NCBI RefSeq assembly: GCF_030144855.1
Contig: NC_082722.1
Span: 1,860,001 to 1,924,000 of the forward strand
DNA from: Hypanus sabinus
Taxonomy: Eukaryota
Direction: 5' to 3'
Length of the DNA stretch: 64,000 nt
Shown: positions 13,001-25,950 of the stretch, piece by piece
Layout: every line of letters starts with the position of its first letter
Position numbering within the stretch: the stretch's first letter is position 1
The notes under the pieces: generated by a model
Databases searched by the model: none
Seen by the model: the letters and a program-made list of their open reading frames with translations, nothing else
Told to the model about the DNA's origin: nothing
Position numbers and translations under genes: made by a program

Positions 13001-15457
13001 AGTCATGAGGACATGACTAAGTTTAGTGGAGTGGGGAGTGCAACGCCCTGGGAAGTTTTCACTGCTAATGTAATGACACCTCTGTAGCAGCAGTGTTTGG
13101 GTTTGACTAACAGGGGCTTTGGAATGTGCGGCGTCCAACGGGAGGTTCTTTTTAGAATAGACAATAGACAGTAGGTGCAGGGGAGGCCATTCGGCCCTTC
13201 TAGCCAGCACTGACATTCACTGCGATCATGGCTGATCATACACAATCAGTACCTCGTTCGTGCCCTCTCCCCATATCCCTTGTCCCCGCTATCTATAAGA
13301 GCTCTATCTAACTCTCTCTTGAAAGCATCCAGAGACTTGGACTCCACTGCCTTCTGGGGCAGAGAATTCCACGTATCCACCACTCTCTGGGTGAAAAAGT
13401 TTTTCCGCATCTCTGTTCTAAATGACCTACCCCTTATTCTTAAACTGTGGCCTCTGGTTCTGGACTCACCCATCAGCGGGAACATGCTTCCTGCCTCCAG
13501 CGTGTCCAATCCCCTAATAATCTTATATGTTTCAATCAGATCCCCTCTCATCCTTCTAAATTCCAGTGTATACAAGCCCAGTCGCTCCAATCTTTCAACA
13601 TATGACAGTCCCACCATTCCGGGAACTAACCTTGTGATCTACGCTGCACTCTCTCAATAGCAAGAAAGTCCTTCCTCAAATTTAGAGACCAAAACTGCAC
13701 ACAATACTCTAGATGGGGTCTCACCAGGGTCATGAACAGCTGCAGAAGGACCTCTTTACTCTTATACTTAATCCCTCTTGTTATAAAGGCCAGCATGCCA
13801 TAAGCTTTCTTCACTGCCTGCTGTACCTGCATGCTTGCTTTCATTGACTGATGCACAAGAACACCTAGATCTCGTTGTATTTCCCCTTTTCCTAACTTGA
13901 CTCCATTTAGAGAGTAATCTGCCTTCCTGTTCTTGCCACCGGAGGATAACCTCACATTTATCCTTATTGAAATACATCCGCCATACATTTGCCCACTCAC
14001 CTAGCCTGTCCAAGTCACCCTGCATTCTCATAACATCCTCCTGACATTTCACACTGCCACCCAGCTTTATGTCATCGGCAAATTGCTAATGTTACTTTTA
14101 ATCCCTTCATCAAAATCATTAATGTATATTGTAAATAGCTGCAGTCCCAGCACCGAACCTTGTGGCACCCCACTGGCCGCAGCCTGCCATTCCGAAAGGG
14201 ACCCGTTAATCACTACTCTTTGTTTCCTGTCAGCCAGCCAATTTTCAATCCATGTCAGTACTCTGCCCCCCAATACCATGTGCCCTAATTTTGCCCACTA
14301 ATCTCCTATGTGGGACTTTATCAAAAGCTTTCTGAAAGTCCAGGTACACGACATCCACTGGCTCTCCCTTGTCCATTTTCATAGTTACATCCTCACAAAA
14401 CTCCAGAAGATTAGTCAAGCATGATTTTCCCGTCGTAAATCCATGCTGACTGGGACTGTTCCTTCTACTGCTATCCAACTGTGTCGTAATTTCTTCTTTT
14501 ATAATTGACTCCAGTATCTTTCCCACCGGTTTATAATTCCCTGTTTTCTCTCTCCCCCCCTTTCTTAAAATGTGGGATAGCATTAGCAACCCTCCAATCT
14601 GCAGGAACTGATCCTGAATCTCTACAACATTGGAAAATGATTACCAATGCGTCAACAATTTCTTGAGCCACCTCTTTAAGTACCCTGGGATGCAGTCCAT
14701 CAGGTCCCGGGGACTTATCAGCCTTCAGACCCAACAGTTTATCCAACGCCATTTCTTGCCTAGTATAAATTTCCTTTAGTTCATCCTTTACCCTAGTTCC
14801 TTTGTCCACTATTACATCTGGGAGATAGTTTGAGTCTTCCCTCGTGAAGACAGATCCAAATTACCTGTTCAACTCATCTGCAATTTCCTTGTCCCAATAA
14901 TAAATTCACCCGTTTCTGTCTTCAATGGCCCAATTTTGGTCTTAACTATTTTCTTTTTTTGCTTTTCACATACCTAAAGAAGCTTTTACTATCCCGCTTT
15001 ATATTCTTGGCTAGTTTACCTTCATAGCTCATTTTATCTTTCTTGTGTTCCTGGGAAATAGGGAGACGCTACTTTTGTTTGGTGGAGGATGTGGAGAGAA
15101 AATGCCAGAAGGGAGAGGTGATAGACCACAGGACGGGGTGGACTTGGAATGCGATCGGGAATCGACGACGCCCGGCGGAAATCGTTGGGAGAACGAATGG
15201 ACGGGAAAATCGTGAGGTCAAACATGTGCATTAGAGTTTTTCCTTAAAATGGGCCCCTTTTATTTTTGCTTTCTTTACTAACCCTAATTGTCAAATTAGG
15301 AATTATAAAGTTCAATCGTTTAATTGCATATGGTGTACCGTTCGTTATTTCGTGGGACTGATTTGCAACAGCATCCACACAATCGAGATTTTACCATTTT
15401 GGCGGGGGCGACGACTGTCTTCTAGACTAACGCAGCCCGTTGAATCTGGGGGTTACA
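10071..15457 (+). mobile_element. Ty3/Gypsy provirus, internally deleted, with 4-bp TSD
   Basis: 5' LTR 10071-10630 (TGTAAC...GGTTACA). Gag knuckle CYNCGEERHFRREC, protease ILDTESQVT, RT pieces SPYASSVV..RICVDYRTLN and YLDDFIV. PPT then 3' LTR from 13039 to 15457. TCTA on both flanks (10067-10070, 15458-15461). No RNase H or integrase visible. Confidence 0.88.
13153..15035 (-). mobile_element. 5'-truncated CR1 LINE inserted in the Gypsy 3' LTR
   Basis: RT motifs KSPGPDGLHPRVLKE, VYLDFQKAFDKVPH, SGVPQGSVLG and LVRPHLEYCVQFW. Short-repeat tail at about 13153-13170. LTR sequence stops at about 13150 and resumes at about 15035. Confidence 0.88.
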
Positions 15458-15632
15458 TCTAATTTAAATATTCATCCCAAGGAAGAAACCTATCTTTCCG
15501 CCTAATTATAATCAAACGAATGGAATTATCACCAGATGCAATTTTCCCCAGACATATTTCTGTAAGTCTCATTTCGTATCCTCCTGTACCATTAGGTCGG
15601 CTATTATTTCAAACGTCTGCAGCTCGCCGCAA

Positions 15633-15650
15633 TGACGTCAAAGTGAAACC
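15633..15650 (+). promoter_or_regulatory. Adjacent CRE (TGACGTCA) and IRF-element-like (AAGTGAAACC) motifs in the putative receptor promoter
   Basis: Exact palindromic CRE at 15633-15640 directly followed by AAGTGAAACC, about 140 nt upstream of the leader ATG. Motif match only. Confidence 0.45.
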
Positions 15651-15789
15651 AAGATGTAAGGGTTGTGCTGTGTATTTGCAATACCATTTCCACAGGACCC
15701 TCTGGAAACTTCTTATCACTGTGCTATGTGATTAAACTTCTGATATATTGTAGAGTTAACACTGTCTGATTTCATCACTTTTATTCAAA

Positions 15790-15844
15790 ATGCATATATT
15801 TGATATGCTGCATAATCTCTTCGCCCTACAGATTACTTTCACAG
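15790..15844 (+). CDS. Leader exon of a VJ-C1-TM Ig-superfamily receptor (MHIFDMLHNLFALQITFT)
   Basis: ATG at 15790 (second in-frame ATG at 15805). 18 codons + 1 nt, then donor ACAG|GTATGT. Phase 1 matches the V-exon acceptor 246 nt downstream. Only moderately hydrophobic. Confidence 0.7.
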
Positions 15845-16090
15845 GTATGTATAGATTTCCGTCGTTAATCCAGAATAACGAGTTGTGAGATATGCATAAA
15901 TAGTTGGCAAAGAGCAGCTGCCCAAGAAGTAAACCGCGGTTTTGTTATTTTAAATTGATTTACTTCACTCACAGCCGTATCGATCTAATTCAGTCACAGT
16001 GACATTACATATACATATCTTTATTTTAATATTTTTGCCAATAAAGCCAACATTATTCTCCGATGACGATGTTTTTTTTTATTCTGACAG

Positions 16091-16408
16091 TGGCTGACAG
16101 GAGCTCGTTCAAAGTGCGCCAGTTTCCTGAGCAGGTGACTGAGACAGAGGGTGCAAATGTGTCATTTTACTGCACCTACCCAATCTTCGCTCAGAACTCA
16201 CTGGTGGATGTTTATTGGAAAAAAGTCGGACAAGAACGATCTATAGACGCCACTGCAGACAGAAGGATAAATATAAGTTCAGAGCAAATGTCTGCCGGAT
16301 TTCATATCTTTGGAGTGAGGTTCAGGGACTCTGGAGTCTATTATTGCAGTGTGGGAGACTGGACAGGAAAGATGTCCCAAGGCAAAGGCACGAATGTTAT
16401 TGTACACG
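16091..16408 (+). CDS. Ig V-set exon with germline-joined J-like segment (VJ type)
   Basis: Acceptor poly-T...ATTCTGACAG| at 16090 and donor CACG|GTAATT at 16409, both phase 1. Translation has FYC (B-strand Cys), VYW, RFRDSGVYYC and QGKGTNVIVH (GxGT J motif) in one exon. Confidence 0.92.
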
Positions 16409-17559
16409 GTAATTCTCATTCTCACTCGTTTGTTTTAGACAAAAGCAACCACTGAGCGAGTTAGATATTGATAAAGTATAATAAGGGGCCGCCTCTCCAT
16501 CCACAATAGTATTCTTCCTTTCGGGTTTGAATAACTACTGTTTACTGTTGGTGGAGCAGTGAATTTCTGAAATAGTATTCTTCTCTAATTTCATGTAATT
16601 TATGCTCCTTCTTATCTGGAGAATTAAATCCTGGTATGTACATATAATTAAGTACTTCAAGTCGGTAGATAGGTAGTTAATGGAATAGAATGTTTCATGT
16701 GTTAACTGAAATCATTTAATCAGATTCTAGACCTGTAAGTTACAGATGATGACGTCCCCTTCGTAAGTTAAGAGTTCAACCATTAGCTGCAGAATATCAA
16801 ACCGATTCTGGAAAAAAAGATCTAGTGCTTTGCCGACATGTACGACGAATAAACTCTTCTCGGGTTTCCAGCCGGCTACAGACATCAATTGTAACCGATG
16901 TCTCGGTGGCATACTCTGCCATCTTTAGAAAAGCCCGAGAAGGTTTCTCCCACTATCCAAAAGTCGAACGCTAATATTAAAAAAAATCGTAAACTGAAAT
17001 GGCGTAAATCGAAGAAGCAATTGCCATTAATTTATATAGGAAAATTTTTGAGCGTTCCCAGACCCAAAAGATATGGGCTTTGGAAACTCGAGTCTGCCTG
17101 TCCCATTTCAAATAGAAAAAAATGAATAAATGTTTGCTGTGTGTTTTTACATAATTAGCGCATGGAAAACACATTAACCTCTAAACAGAATCAGAATCGA
17201 GATTAAAATCACGGACATACGTCTGAAAGTCGAGTCCGAATCATAGGGTTTTCATTGCAAGGTATAGAAGATGATTGCCAGATATTTCTTCCGCGCAGAC
17301 GCTTCCGCTGTCCAGGCTGGGACCGGGCTGCGTTTGAACTCAGATCCACTCGCCTTGAAGTCTAGTGCTGATGCACTGAGGTAGTGTTCTTAAGTTCATT
17401 ATCCATGAGGAATCGGATGGCAGAGAGGAAGAAAAGGTTTTTGAATCGCTGTGAATGTGTCTTCACCGATTCTATGCAACTTTCCTCACGGTAATAATGA
17501 GAAGAAGACTTGTCCTGGGTAATGGAGGTCCTTAACGACGGACACAGCCCTCCGGAGAC

Positions 17560-18500
17560 ACTGCTCCTTGAAAATGTCTTCGATACTACGGATGCTAGTA
17601 CCTATGGTAGAACAGACTCATTTTATAACTTATTTAGCTTCTTTCGATCCAGTACAGTAGTCACTCCGCAGCATACCAGATGGTTATGCAACCTGTCAAA
17701 ATGCTCCCTACTTACATCTGTAGAAGTTTTCGAGTGCCTTAGGTGACAAACCAAATCTCCTCAAACTTCTAATGAAAATATAGCCACTATCTTGTCCCCA
17801 AGTGTAGCTACGTTGATATATTAGGACCATGTTAGATACTCAGAGATATTGACATCCAGGAACTTGAAATTGCCCACTCTCTCCAAATCTGGATATTTGA
17901 TTTATGATCCCTCGTCCTACTGTTTCTGAAGTCGTCATTCAACTTTTTGGTCTTACTGACGTTGAGTGAAAAGTTGGTGCTGGAACGCCACTCACCTAGC
18001 TGATATAGTTCGCTCATGTAAACCCTCCCTTCTACATCTGAGATACTCCAACAATTGTTGTATCATTACCAAATTTATTGATGGAATTTTAGCTATGCCT
18101 AGCCAGTTAGTCACGGGTATAGAGTGAGTAGAGAAGTGGGCTGAGGACACATCCCCGAGGAGCGCCAGTGTTGATCCTCATTGAGGAGCAGTTGTTATAC
18201 AAAGTGTGGTCTTTAGGTTAGCAAGTGGAGAATCGAATTTCTAAGGGAGGTACAGAGACCAATAGATTATCAACAAGACTGTACGAATGTTGATGATAAA
18301 CGCTGTAGTCAACGAAATGCAAACAGCATCCTGAAAGGTGTTTGTATTGTCCTGGTGATCTCAGGCCGTCTGAAGAACCGTTGATTATGATTCTACCCCT
18401 GTGAGCGACCATATGTGCTGCCTTAAGTTCTGATCCTGAAAAATACAGCAGCGTACTCTCTATGAATTCCTCCATCGATAACTATTAGGAACTATTACAC
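17560..18500 (-). mobile_element. Degenerate Rex1/Babar-like fragment (also duplicated at about 22430-23370)
   Basis: SLNVSKTKKL..DFR and DVSSAHFSTHS-type nucleotide similarity to the Rex copies at 6040-7420 and 33198-34490. Confidence 0.55.
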
Positions 18501-18646
18501 AGTTTCACAGTGCCGTAGTAGTATTGCCCGTGTTCTAGTTTATTCTCTGTTTTATTTAAATACATATTTTATTACTCAGCTCAGAGTGGTTAATCTGTGC
18601 AATTCTCTGCCCAGTGAAGCTGTAGAGGCTACTTCAGTAAATATAT

Positions 18647-20722
18647 ATGTAAATACATATATATATATAACTTTTTATTGAGTTTTCAAATAATTACAGA
18701 AATAAAAGAAAATATATGAGAGAAAATAATATATATATACCCTATCCCCCTCCCCTTAACCCCTCCCCCTAACATCCCTATATAAAAAAGAAAGAAAGAA
18801 AGGAAAAAAAAGCAAGAAAGAAAGAGTGCCTGGATATCGGAAGATCCGCACATGCTCCATGGAGTTTGTAATAACTTTAGTATATATATTTATTTATTTC
18901 CCCAAATAACCAATTATTTCATCTTCGGAGCACCTATATATTTAATCGTGTCTTTGGTAAATAAGGGCTCCAAATTTTCAAAAAGGTTTTATATTTATCT
19001 CTTAAATTATAAGTAATTTTTTTCAAGTGGAATACAGCCATAAAACGATCTATACTTAAGTATGTATCCGATTTCCAAGTAACTGCAATAGCCTTTTTGG
19101 TTGCTGCCAATGCAATTTTTATAAATTCTTTCTGATATTTATTCAATTTGGGTTTCGGTTTTATCCCTTTAATATCGCCTAGTAAAAATAATATTGGATT
19201 ATGTGGAAGTTGTGTTCCAATAATTTGTTCCAATAAAACTCTTAAATTTGTCCAAATAGGGTGAACTTTAGAACACGACCAAGCAGAATGTAAAAAAGTA
19301 CCGATGTCTTGTTTACATCGGAAACACTGATTGGATAAATTTGGGTTTAATTTATTTATTTTTTGTGGTGTAATATATAATTGATGTAAATAATTATATT
19401 GCACTAATCTTAACCGGTCATTTATTGTATTTGTCATACTATCAAGACATAGTCTTGACCAATTTGTTTCTTCAATTTTAATATTCAAGTCTCTTTCCCA
19501 TTTTTGTCTTGACTTATGGACTTCTTGTTTAATTGCCTATTTTTGAATCAAGTTATACATATAAGAAATAATTTTTTTAATCTTTCCTTTTTGAATTAAA
19601 GTTTCTATTTCATTAGATTTCGGCAATAACATTGTTTGACCTAATTTTTCTCTTAAATAAGCTCTTAGTTGGAAGTAACAAAAAAGAGTATTGTTTGATA
19701 CATTATATTTATTCTTTAATTGATCAAATGACATTGATAAACCTCCTTCAAAACAATCTCCTATATATCTAATCTCTTTTTGAAACCAATTATATAAAAG
19801 TTGATTATCCATTGTAAAAGGAATAAGTCTATTTTGAATTAAAGATCTCTTTGCTAATACAGATTTCTATGTCTTTTCCATAACATTTATCTTATTCCAT
19901 AAGTCAATCAAATGTTTTAATATAGGAGATTCTTTCTTTTCCCGTATCCATTTAGATTCCCATTTATATATAAAATCTTCTGGTGTATTTTCTCCTATTT
20001 TATCTAGTTCTATTCTAATCCATGCCGGTTTATCTTTCTCAAAAAAAGATGCAATGAATCTAAGTTGGTTTGCTTTATAATAATTCTTAAAATTTGGAAA
20101 TTGTAACCCTCCTAGATCAAATTTCCAGGTCAATTTTTCCAATGATATTCTTGACATCTTACCATTCCAAAGAAACTTCCTCACATACTTGTTTAACTCT
20201 TGAAAAAAATTCTGAGGTTGTTGTATTGGTAATGATTGAAATAGGTATTGTAGCCTGGGGAATATATTCATTTTTATGGTATTTACTCTACCTACTAATG
20301 TTATTGGTAATACCATCCATTTATCAAGATCTTCTTGAATTTTTTTTCACTTATGGAAAGTAATTTAATTTATACAAGATCTTTATATCATTATCAACTC
20401 TTATACCTAAATATTTTATACCATGTGTCGGCCATCTAAAATGGGTTATTAACGACTTTGACTATAATCTCCTTTAGTAAGAGGTATAATTTCACTTTTA
20501 TACAAATTTATTTTAGAACTGATATTTTCCCATGTTCTTCTAATCTATAGGATAATTTACGCAACGAGTGCAATGGGTTTGTTAAATAAAGCAGAACATC
20601 ATCAGCAAATAAGTTAATCTTATATTCTTCCTGATTAAAACCCTTAATATCTGGGTCCATTCTAATTAATTCAGCTAATGGTTCTATCGCCAACACGAAT
20701 GAAGCAGGTGATAATGGACAAT
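18647..20722 (-). mobile_element. 5'-truncated L1-clade LINE in duplication copy 1 only
   Basis: ORF2 pieces CPLSP, LFADDVLLY, NIFPRLQYLFQSLP and CFRCKQDIGTFLHSAWSC. A-rich 3' end near 18670. GTAA(A)TATAT on both flanks. Empty site in copy 2 at about 23507-23520. Confidence 0.88.
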
Positions 20723-23700
20723 GTAATATATATTTAAGAGAAGTTTGGATAAGAGGTCTGCATAGTGGGGAATTAAGTGTTATGGGAGAAACGCAGGTTG
20801 GTATGGAGATGAGTCCACGGCCAGATCAGCCATGATCTTATTGAATGACGGAGCAGGCTCGCCGGCTCAGCTGGCCTTCTTCTGCTCATATTTCTTATGT
20901 TCTTATGTAGTCAGTTAAACAGTAGAACGTGTAAAAAGCAAAACAATGATATGAATAATTTTAATATATTAAGGATTTCATGACATTTTCCGAGATTCAG
21001 TCGTGAATGTGTTATAGAACGCAATATACGTTTGTCTTTGAGGCAGATAAATGGCAGTATGTGCGGTATGGAAGACAGAACGCATCAAATCACAGAATTG
21101 AGAATTGTACATATAATTAGCACAACGTATAACAATAGAGGTAAAAAATAGAAATGAGAAATTCAGGATTCCTCAATATTTAACAGTTGTAACTCTTCTT
21201 GCGATGTCATATCCTTGTTTAAAAGTTCGGAGCATGGACTGTGAACAGAAGAAATACCCGTCTAAACTGTCACAGGGAAATTCTCATTCTCACTCGTTTG
21301 TTTTAGACAAATGCAACTACTGAGCGAGTTAGATATTGATAAAGTATAATAAGGGGCCGCCTCTCCATCCACAATAGTATTCTTCCTTCCGGGTTTGAAT
21401 AACTACTGTTTACTGTTGGTGGAACAGTGAATTTCTGAAATAGCATTCTTCTCCAATTTCATGTAATTTATGCTCCTTCTTATCTGGAGAATTAAATCCT
21501 GGTATGTACATATAATTAAGTACTTCAAGTCGGTAGATAGGTAGTTAATGGAATAGAATGTTTCATGTGTTAACTGAAATCATTTAATCAGATTCTAGAC
21601 CTGTAAGTTACAGATGATGTCGTGCCCTTCGTAAGTTAAGAGTTCAACCATTAGTTGCAGAATATCAAACCGATTCTGGAAAAAAAAGATCTAGTGCTTT
21701 GCCGACATGTACGACGAATAAACTCTTCTCGGGTTTCCAGCCGGCTACAGACGTCAATTGTAACCGATGTCTCGGTGGCATACTCTGCCATCTTTAGAAA
21801 AGCCCGAGAAGATTTCTCCCACTATCCAAAAGTAGAACGCTAATATTAAAAAAAATCGTAAACTGAAAAGGCGTAAATCAAAGAAGCAATTACCATTAAT
21901 TTATACAGGAAAATTTTTGAGCGTTCCCAGACCCAAAAGATATTGGGTTTTGGAAACTCGAGTCTGCCTGTACCATTTCAAATAGAAAAAAATGAATAAA
22001 TGTTTGCTGTGTGTTTTTACATAATTAGCGCATGGAAAACACATTAACCTCTAAACAGAATCAGAATCGAGATTAAAATCACGGACATACGTCTGAAAGT
22101 CGAGTCCGAATCATAGGGTTTTCATTGCAAGGTATAGAAGATGATTGCCAGATATTTCTTCCGTGCAGACGCTTCCGCTGTCTAGGCTGGGACCGGGCTG
22201 CGTTTGAACTCAGATCCACTCGCCTTGAAGTCTAGTGCTGATGCACTGAGGTAGTGTTCTTAAGTTCATTATCCATGAGGAATCGGATGGCAGAGAGGAA
22301 GAAAAGGTTTTTGAATCGCTGTGAATGTGTCTTCACCGATTCTATGCAACTTTCCTCACGGTAATAATGAGAAGAAGACTTGTCCTGGGTAATGGAAGTC
22401 CTTAACGACGGACACAGCCCTCCGGAGACACTGCTCCTTGAAAATGTCTTCGATACTACGGATGCTAGTACCTATGGTAGAACAGACTCATTTTATAACT
22501 TATTTAGCTTCTTTCGATCCAGTACAGTAGTCGCTCCACGGCATACCAGATGGTGATGCAACCTGTCAAAATGCTCCCTACTTACATCTCTGGAAGTTCT
22601 CGAGTGCCTTAGGTGACAAACCAAATCTCCTCAAACTTCTAATGAAAATATAGCCACTATCTTGTCCCCAAGTGTAGCTACGTTGATATATTAGGACCAT
22701 GTTAGATACTCAGAGATATTGACATCCAGGAACTTGAAATTGCCCACTCTCTCCAAATCTGGATATTTGATTTATGATCCCTCGTCCTACTGTTTCTGAA
22801 GTCGTCATTCAACATTTTGGTCTTACTGACGTTGAGTGAAAAGTTGGTGCTGGAACGCCACTCACCTTGCTGACATAGTTCGCTCATGTAAATCCTCCCC
22901 TCTTCGTCTGAGATTCTGCCAACAATTGTTGTATCATTACCAAATTTATTGATGGAATTTTAGCTCTGCCTAGCCACTTAGTCACGGGTAGAGTGAGTAG
23001 AGAAGTGGGCTGAGGACACATCCCCGAGGAGCGCCAGTGTTGATCCTCATTGAGGAGCAGTTGTTAATACAAAGCGTGGTCTTTAGGATAGCAAGTCGAG
23101 AATCGAATTTCTAAGGGAGGTACAGAGACCAGTAAATTATCAACAAGACTGTACGAATGTTGGTGATAAACGCTGTAGTCAACGAACTGCAAACAGCATC
23201 CTGAAAGGTGTTTGTATTGTCCTGGTGATCTCAGGCAGTCTGAAGAACCGTTGATTATGATTCTACCCCTGTGAGCGACCATATATGCTGCCTTAAGTTC
23301 TGATCCTGAAAAATACAGCAGCGTACTCTCTATGAATTCCTCCGTCGATAACTATTAGGAACTATTACACAGTTTCACAGTGCAAAAGTGGTATTGACCA
23401 TGTTCTAGTTTATTCTCTGTTTTATTTAAAAACATATTTTATTACTCAGCTCTGAGTGGTTAATCTGTGCAATTCTCTGCCCAGTGAAGCTGTGGAGGCT
23501 ACTTTAGTAAATATATTTAAGAGAAGTTTGGATAAGAGGTGTGCATAGTGGGGAATTAAGTGTTATGGGAGAAACGCAGGTTGGTATGGAGATGAGTCCA
23601 CGGCCAGATCAGCCATGATCTTATTGAATGACGGAGCAGGCTCGCCGGCTCAGCTGGCCTTCTTCTGCTCATATTTCTTATGTTCTTATGTAGTCAGTTA

Positions 23701-24559
23701 AACAGTAGAACGTGTAAAAAGCAAAACAATGATATGAATAATTTTAATATATTAAGGATTTCGTGACATTTTCCGAGATTCAGTCGTGAATGTGGTATAG
23801 CATGTAATATACGTTTGTCTTTGAGGCAGATAAATGGCAGTATGTGCGGTATGGAAGACAGAACGCATCAAATCACAGAATTGAGAATTGCACATATAAT
23901 TAATGCAACGTATAACAATAGAGGTAAAAAATAGAAATACTTGTTAAATTCAGGATTCCTAGTTATTTAACAGTTGCAACTCTTCTTGCGATGTCATATC
24001 CTTGTTTAAACGTTCGGAGCATGGACTGTGAACAGAAGAAATACCCGTCTAAACTGTCACTGGGAAATTGATAATATCGATTGCTCATCGATGAAATCGC
24101 CAATTTTGGTCATCATTGAACCATGTATTGGAAACAACATATTTTTTAAACTATGTGCCCTCTTTTCACCTTATGTCTGAATTACCGCATCAAGCTAGAT
24201 AAAACATTACTATAGCACTATATTGCCCCCAAAAAGGGCGGTATTATTCATCTTGTTCCAGCATCATTTTCAAGTCTATCCCTCAACGTAGAGAGGTTAA
24301 TCTGAAAAAAATTCTTCTTTATATTCCGTACTGAACTTGCAGGGAATTTTCATCATTTTGTCATAACTTGCTGCAGCCTCAGAGACAAAGCAAAAACATA
24401 TAGCGTCCAAAACAACACACAAGTAATGATTTGTGATGTTTTAAAATAAATATTTGACCAGATTCATTTGCAATAATGGAAAATTGTACAACATCTTTGG
24501 CACATTTGCTCTATTAATTCTGTTCTGATCCAAGGTTTTAACTTTTTCTTTCACTAAAT

Positions 24560-25200
24560 TCACAAGAATTTAGCTTTATTTATTCAGTCTTGCTGTAATC
24601 CCTGCTTATTATTTTCCTCCTGTTACTTATGCTTTTCCATTCCCCTGGTTGCTCCTGCTTCCAGCATGGTCCAACATGCTGACTTCCACAATCATGTGCT
24701 CTCGATCCTCTGCATCCATCAAGCATTTTTTGGTTATTCCTTTATCAGCTGTAATGCTATTTATTCTGGAACAATACTTCTACGGCAACTTCTGGTGCCA
24801 TATAGAGCCTCTGGTGAATATCTACCACAGAACATCTAGGTATGCAGATTCAGGGTGTGGACCAGACAGCCGGGTAATATCGGCGAATTATTTCCAAGAA
24901 AGGATCCTGTTACAATTTGCAGTGGGTGACTACCGGTATTTTTTTCTGGAATTGGAAGTCTTTGCTCTACATAGGGTTGGGTTGTAGTTATGACGAAGTA
25001 TCTCGCAACATTTTTGGATCTCGTGAAAACACAATCCTTCAGGCCTCCATCAAATTTTGTCGCAACCTTTGTTTCAAACATAGGAAGCTCACGAGTGACG
25101 GTGTGTTAAGCTCAGGCTGCACGGAACTTTCAGCAGGTTCAGAGAATCAGAACATAGGGGCAGAAAGTAGTGAGTTAAATGAAAAGACATGTACCCTGAA
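24560..25200 (-). mobile_element. RTE-like LINE 3' fragment, degenerate
   Basis: Minus-strand translations ARYFVITT.., AEVDIHQRL and LMDAEDREHMIVEVS resemble RTE ORF C-termini. Followed by a short-repeat tail. Confidence 0.45.
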
Positions 25201-25734
25201 ACAACCAAATAGAGGGGTCGAGTATTTTGTCACTGGTGAGGGGTTGCAAATGAATAACTGAGGAAACGGGTTATTAAGGAAATAATGGAAATCCAAACGT
25301 TATAAATTACAAAACCTGATATTCCATAGCATTACCATACCCAGGAACAATCTCACTACGCTATGTTTGGTTCATTAATTTTATTGATGTAGAGATGTAT
25401 TCTTGTTATAGGCAACTGACAACTGGAATTTTACTTTCATATGATTCGCGTCTTGACGAGATCAGGACAATAGCCATCACAATCACTTCTTTCTTGTTGT
25501 TGCTGAATGACCTTGCTACACGAGCGCTGTTGTTTTTTCTTAAATCGGATATTTTTCTTCTTCATAATCAGCTCTAGAACTCTACCAAGGACGCCTGCGA
25601 ACTAAGGAGGGTTGGGCATAGGGCTGGCAAATCCACCCCGTAAAAACGCAGAGTTACAGAGTTATCATCAGAGTCCCAAAGACCATATCGGGTGCCGCGA
25701 TATCGGAGAACTAGTGCGCTGCGATTTAGTTTGG

Positions 25735-25950
25735 GGCGAGCAGGAGTTCGGAGTTAAGATCCACTGCCGTCTGTTATGAGTTTTTTATGGTCTCCGGGTG
25801 TAAAACGTATGTTTTCGCCAAGTGATTCGGTTTCTTCCCACAGTTCCGGGTATGTGAATTGGTCATTGGAAGTGGACCCTGATTAGGCTAGTGTAATTCG
25901 GATTTGACGGGGGTTGCTGAAGCTGTCTCGGAGGGGCGGGATGTTATACT
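25735..25950 (+). mobile_element. Degenerate V-SINE-like element
   Basis: CGGTTTCTTCCCACAGT and AATTGGTCATTG...GATTAGGCTAG resemble the V-domain core of fish SINEs. Confidence 0.4.

Larger units (their letters stand above)
16411..24069 (+). repeat. Tandem segmental duplication in intron 2 (copy 1 16411-21282 including an L1, copy 2 21279-24069)
   Basis: The sequence after 16411 (AATTCTCATTCTCACTCG...) recurs at 21279. The end of copy 1 (CTAAACTGTCACAGGGAAATT) recurs at 24069. 4-nt AATT microhomology at the junction. Confidence 0.93.

Noticed and set aside
15931-15942. Palindrome AAACCGCGGTTT (RUNX-like on both strands) in intron 1
   Set aside because: A single short motif without conservation data is indistinguishable from chance.
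15995-16001. CACAGTG as an RSS heptamer (also 18506-18512 and CACAGGG at 21271)
   Set aside because: No ACAAAAACC-like nonamer at 12 or 23 nt, and none abuts a coding end.
16063-16090. ORF-track starts at 16063 and 27777 as true initiation codons
   Set aside because: Both lie in polypyrimidine tracts just upstream of good phase-1 acceptors.
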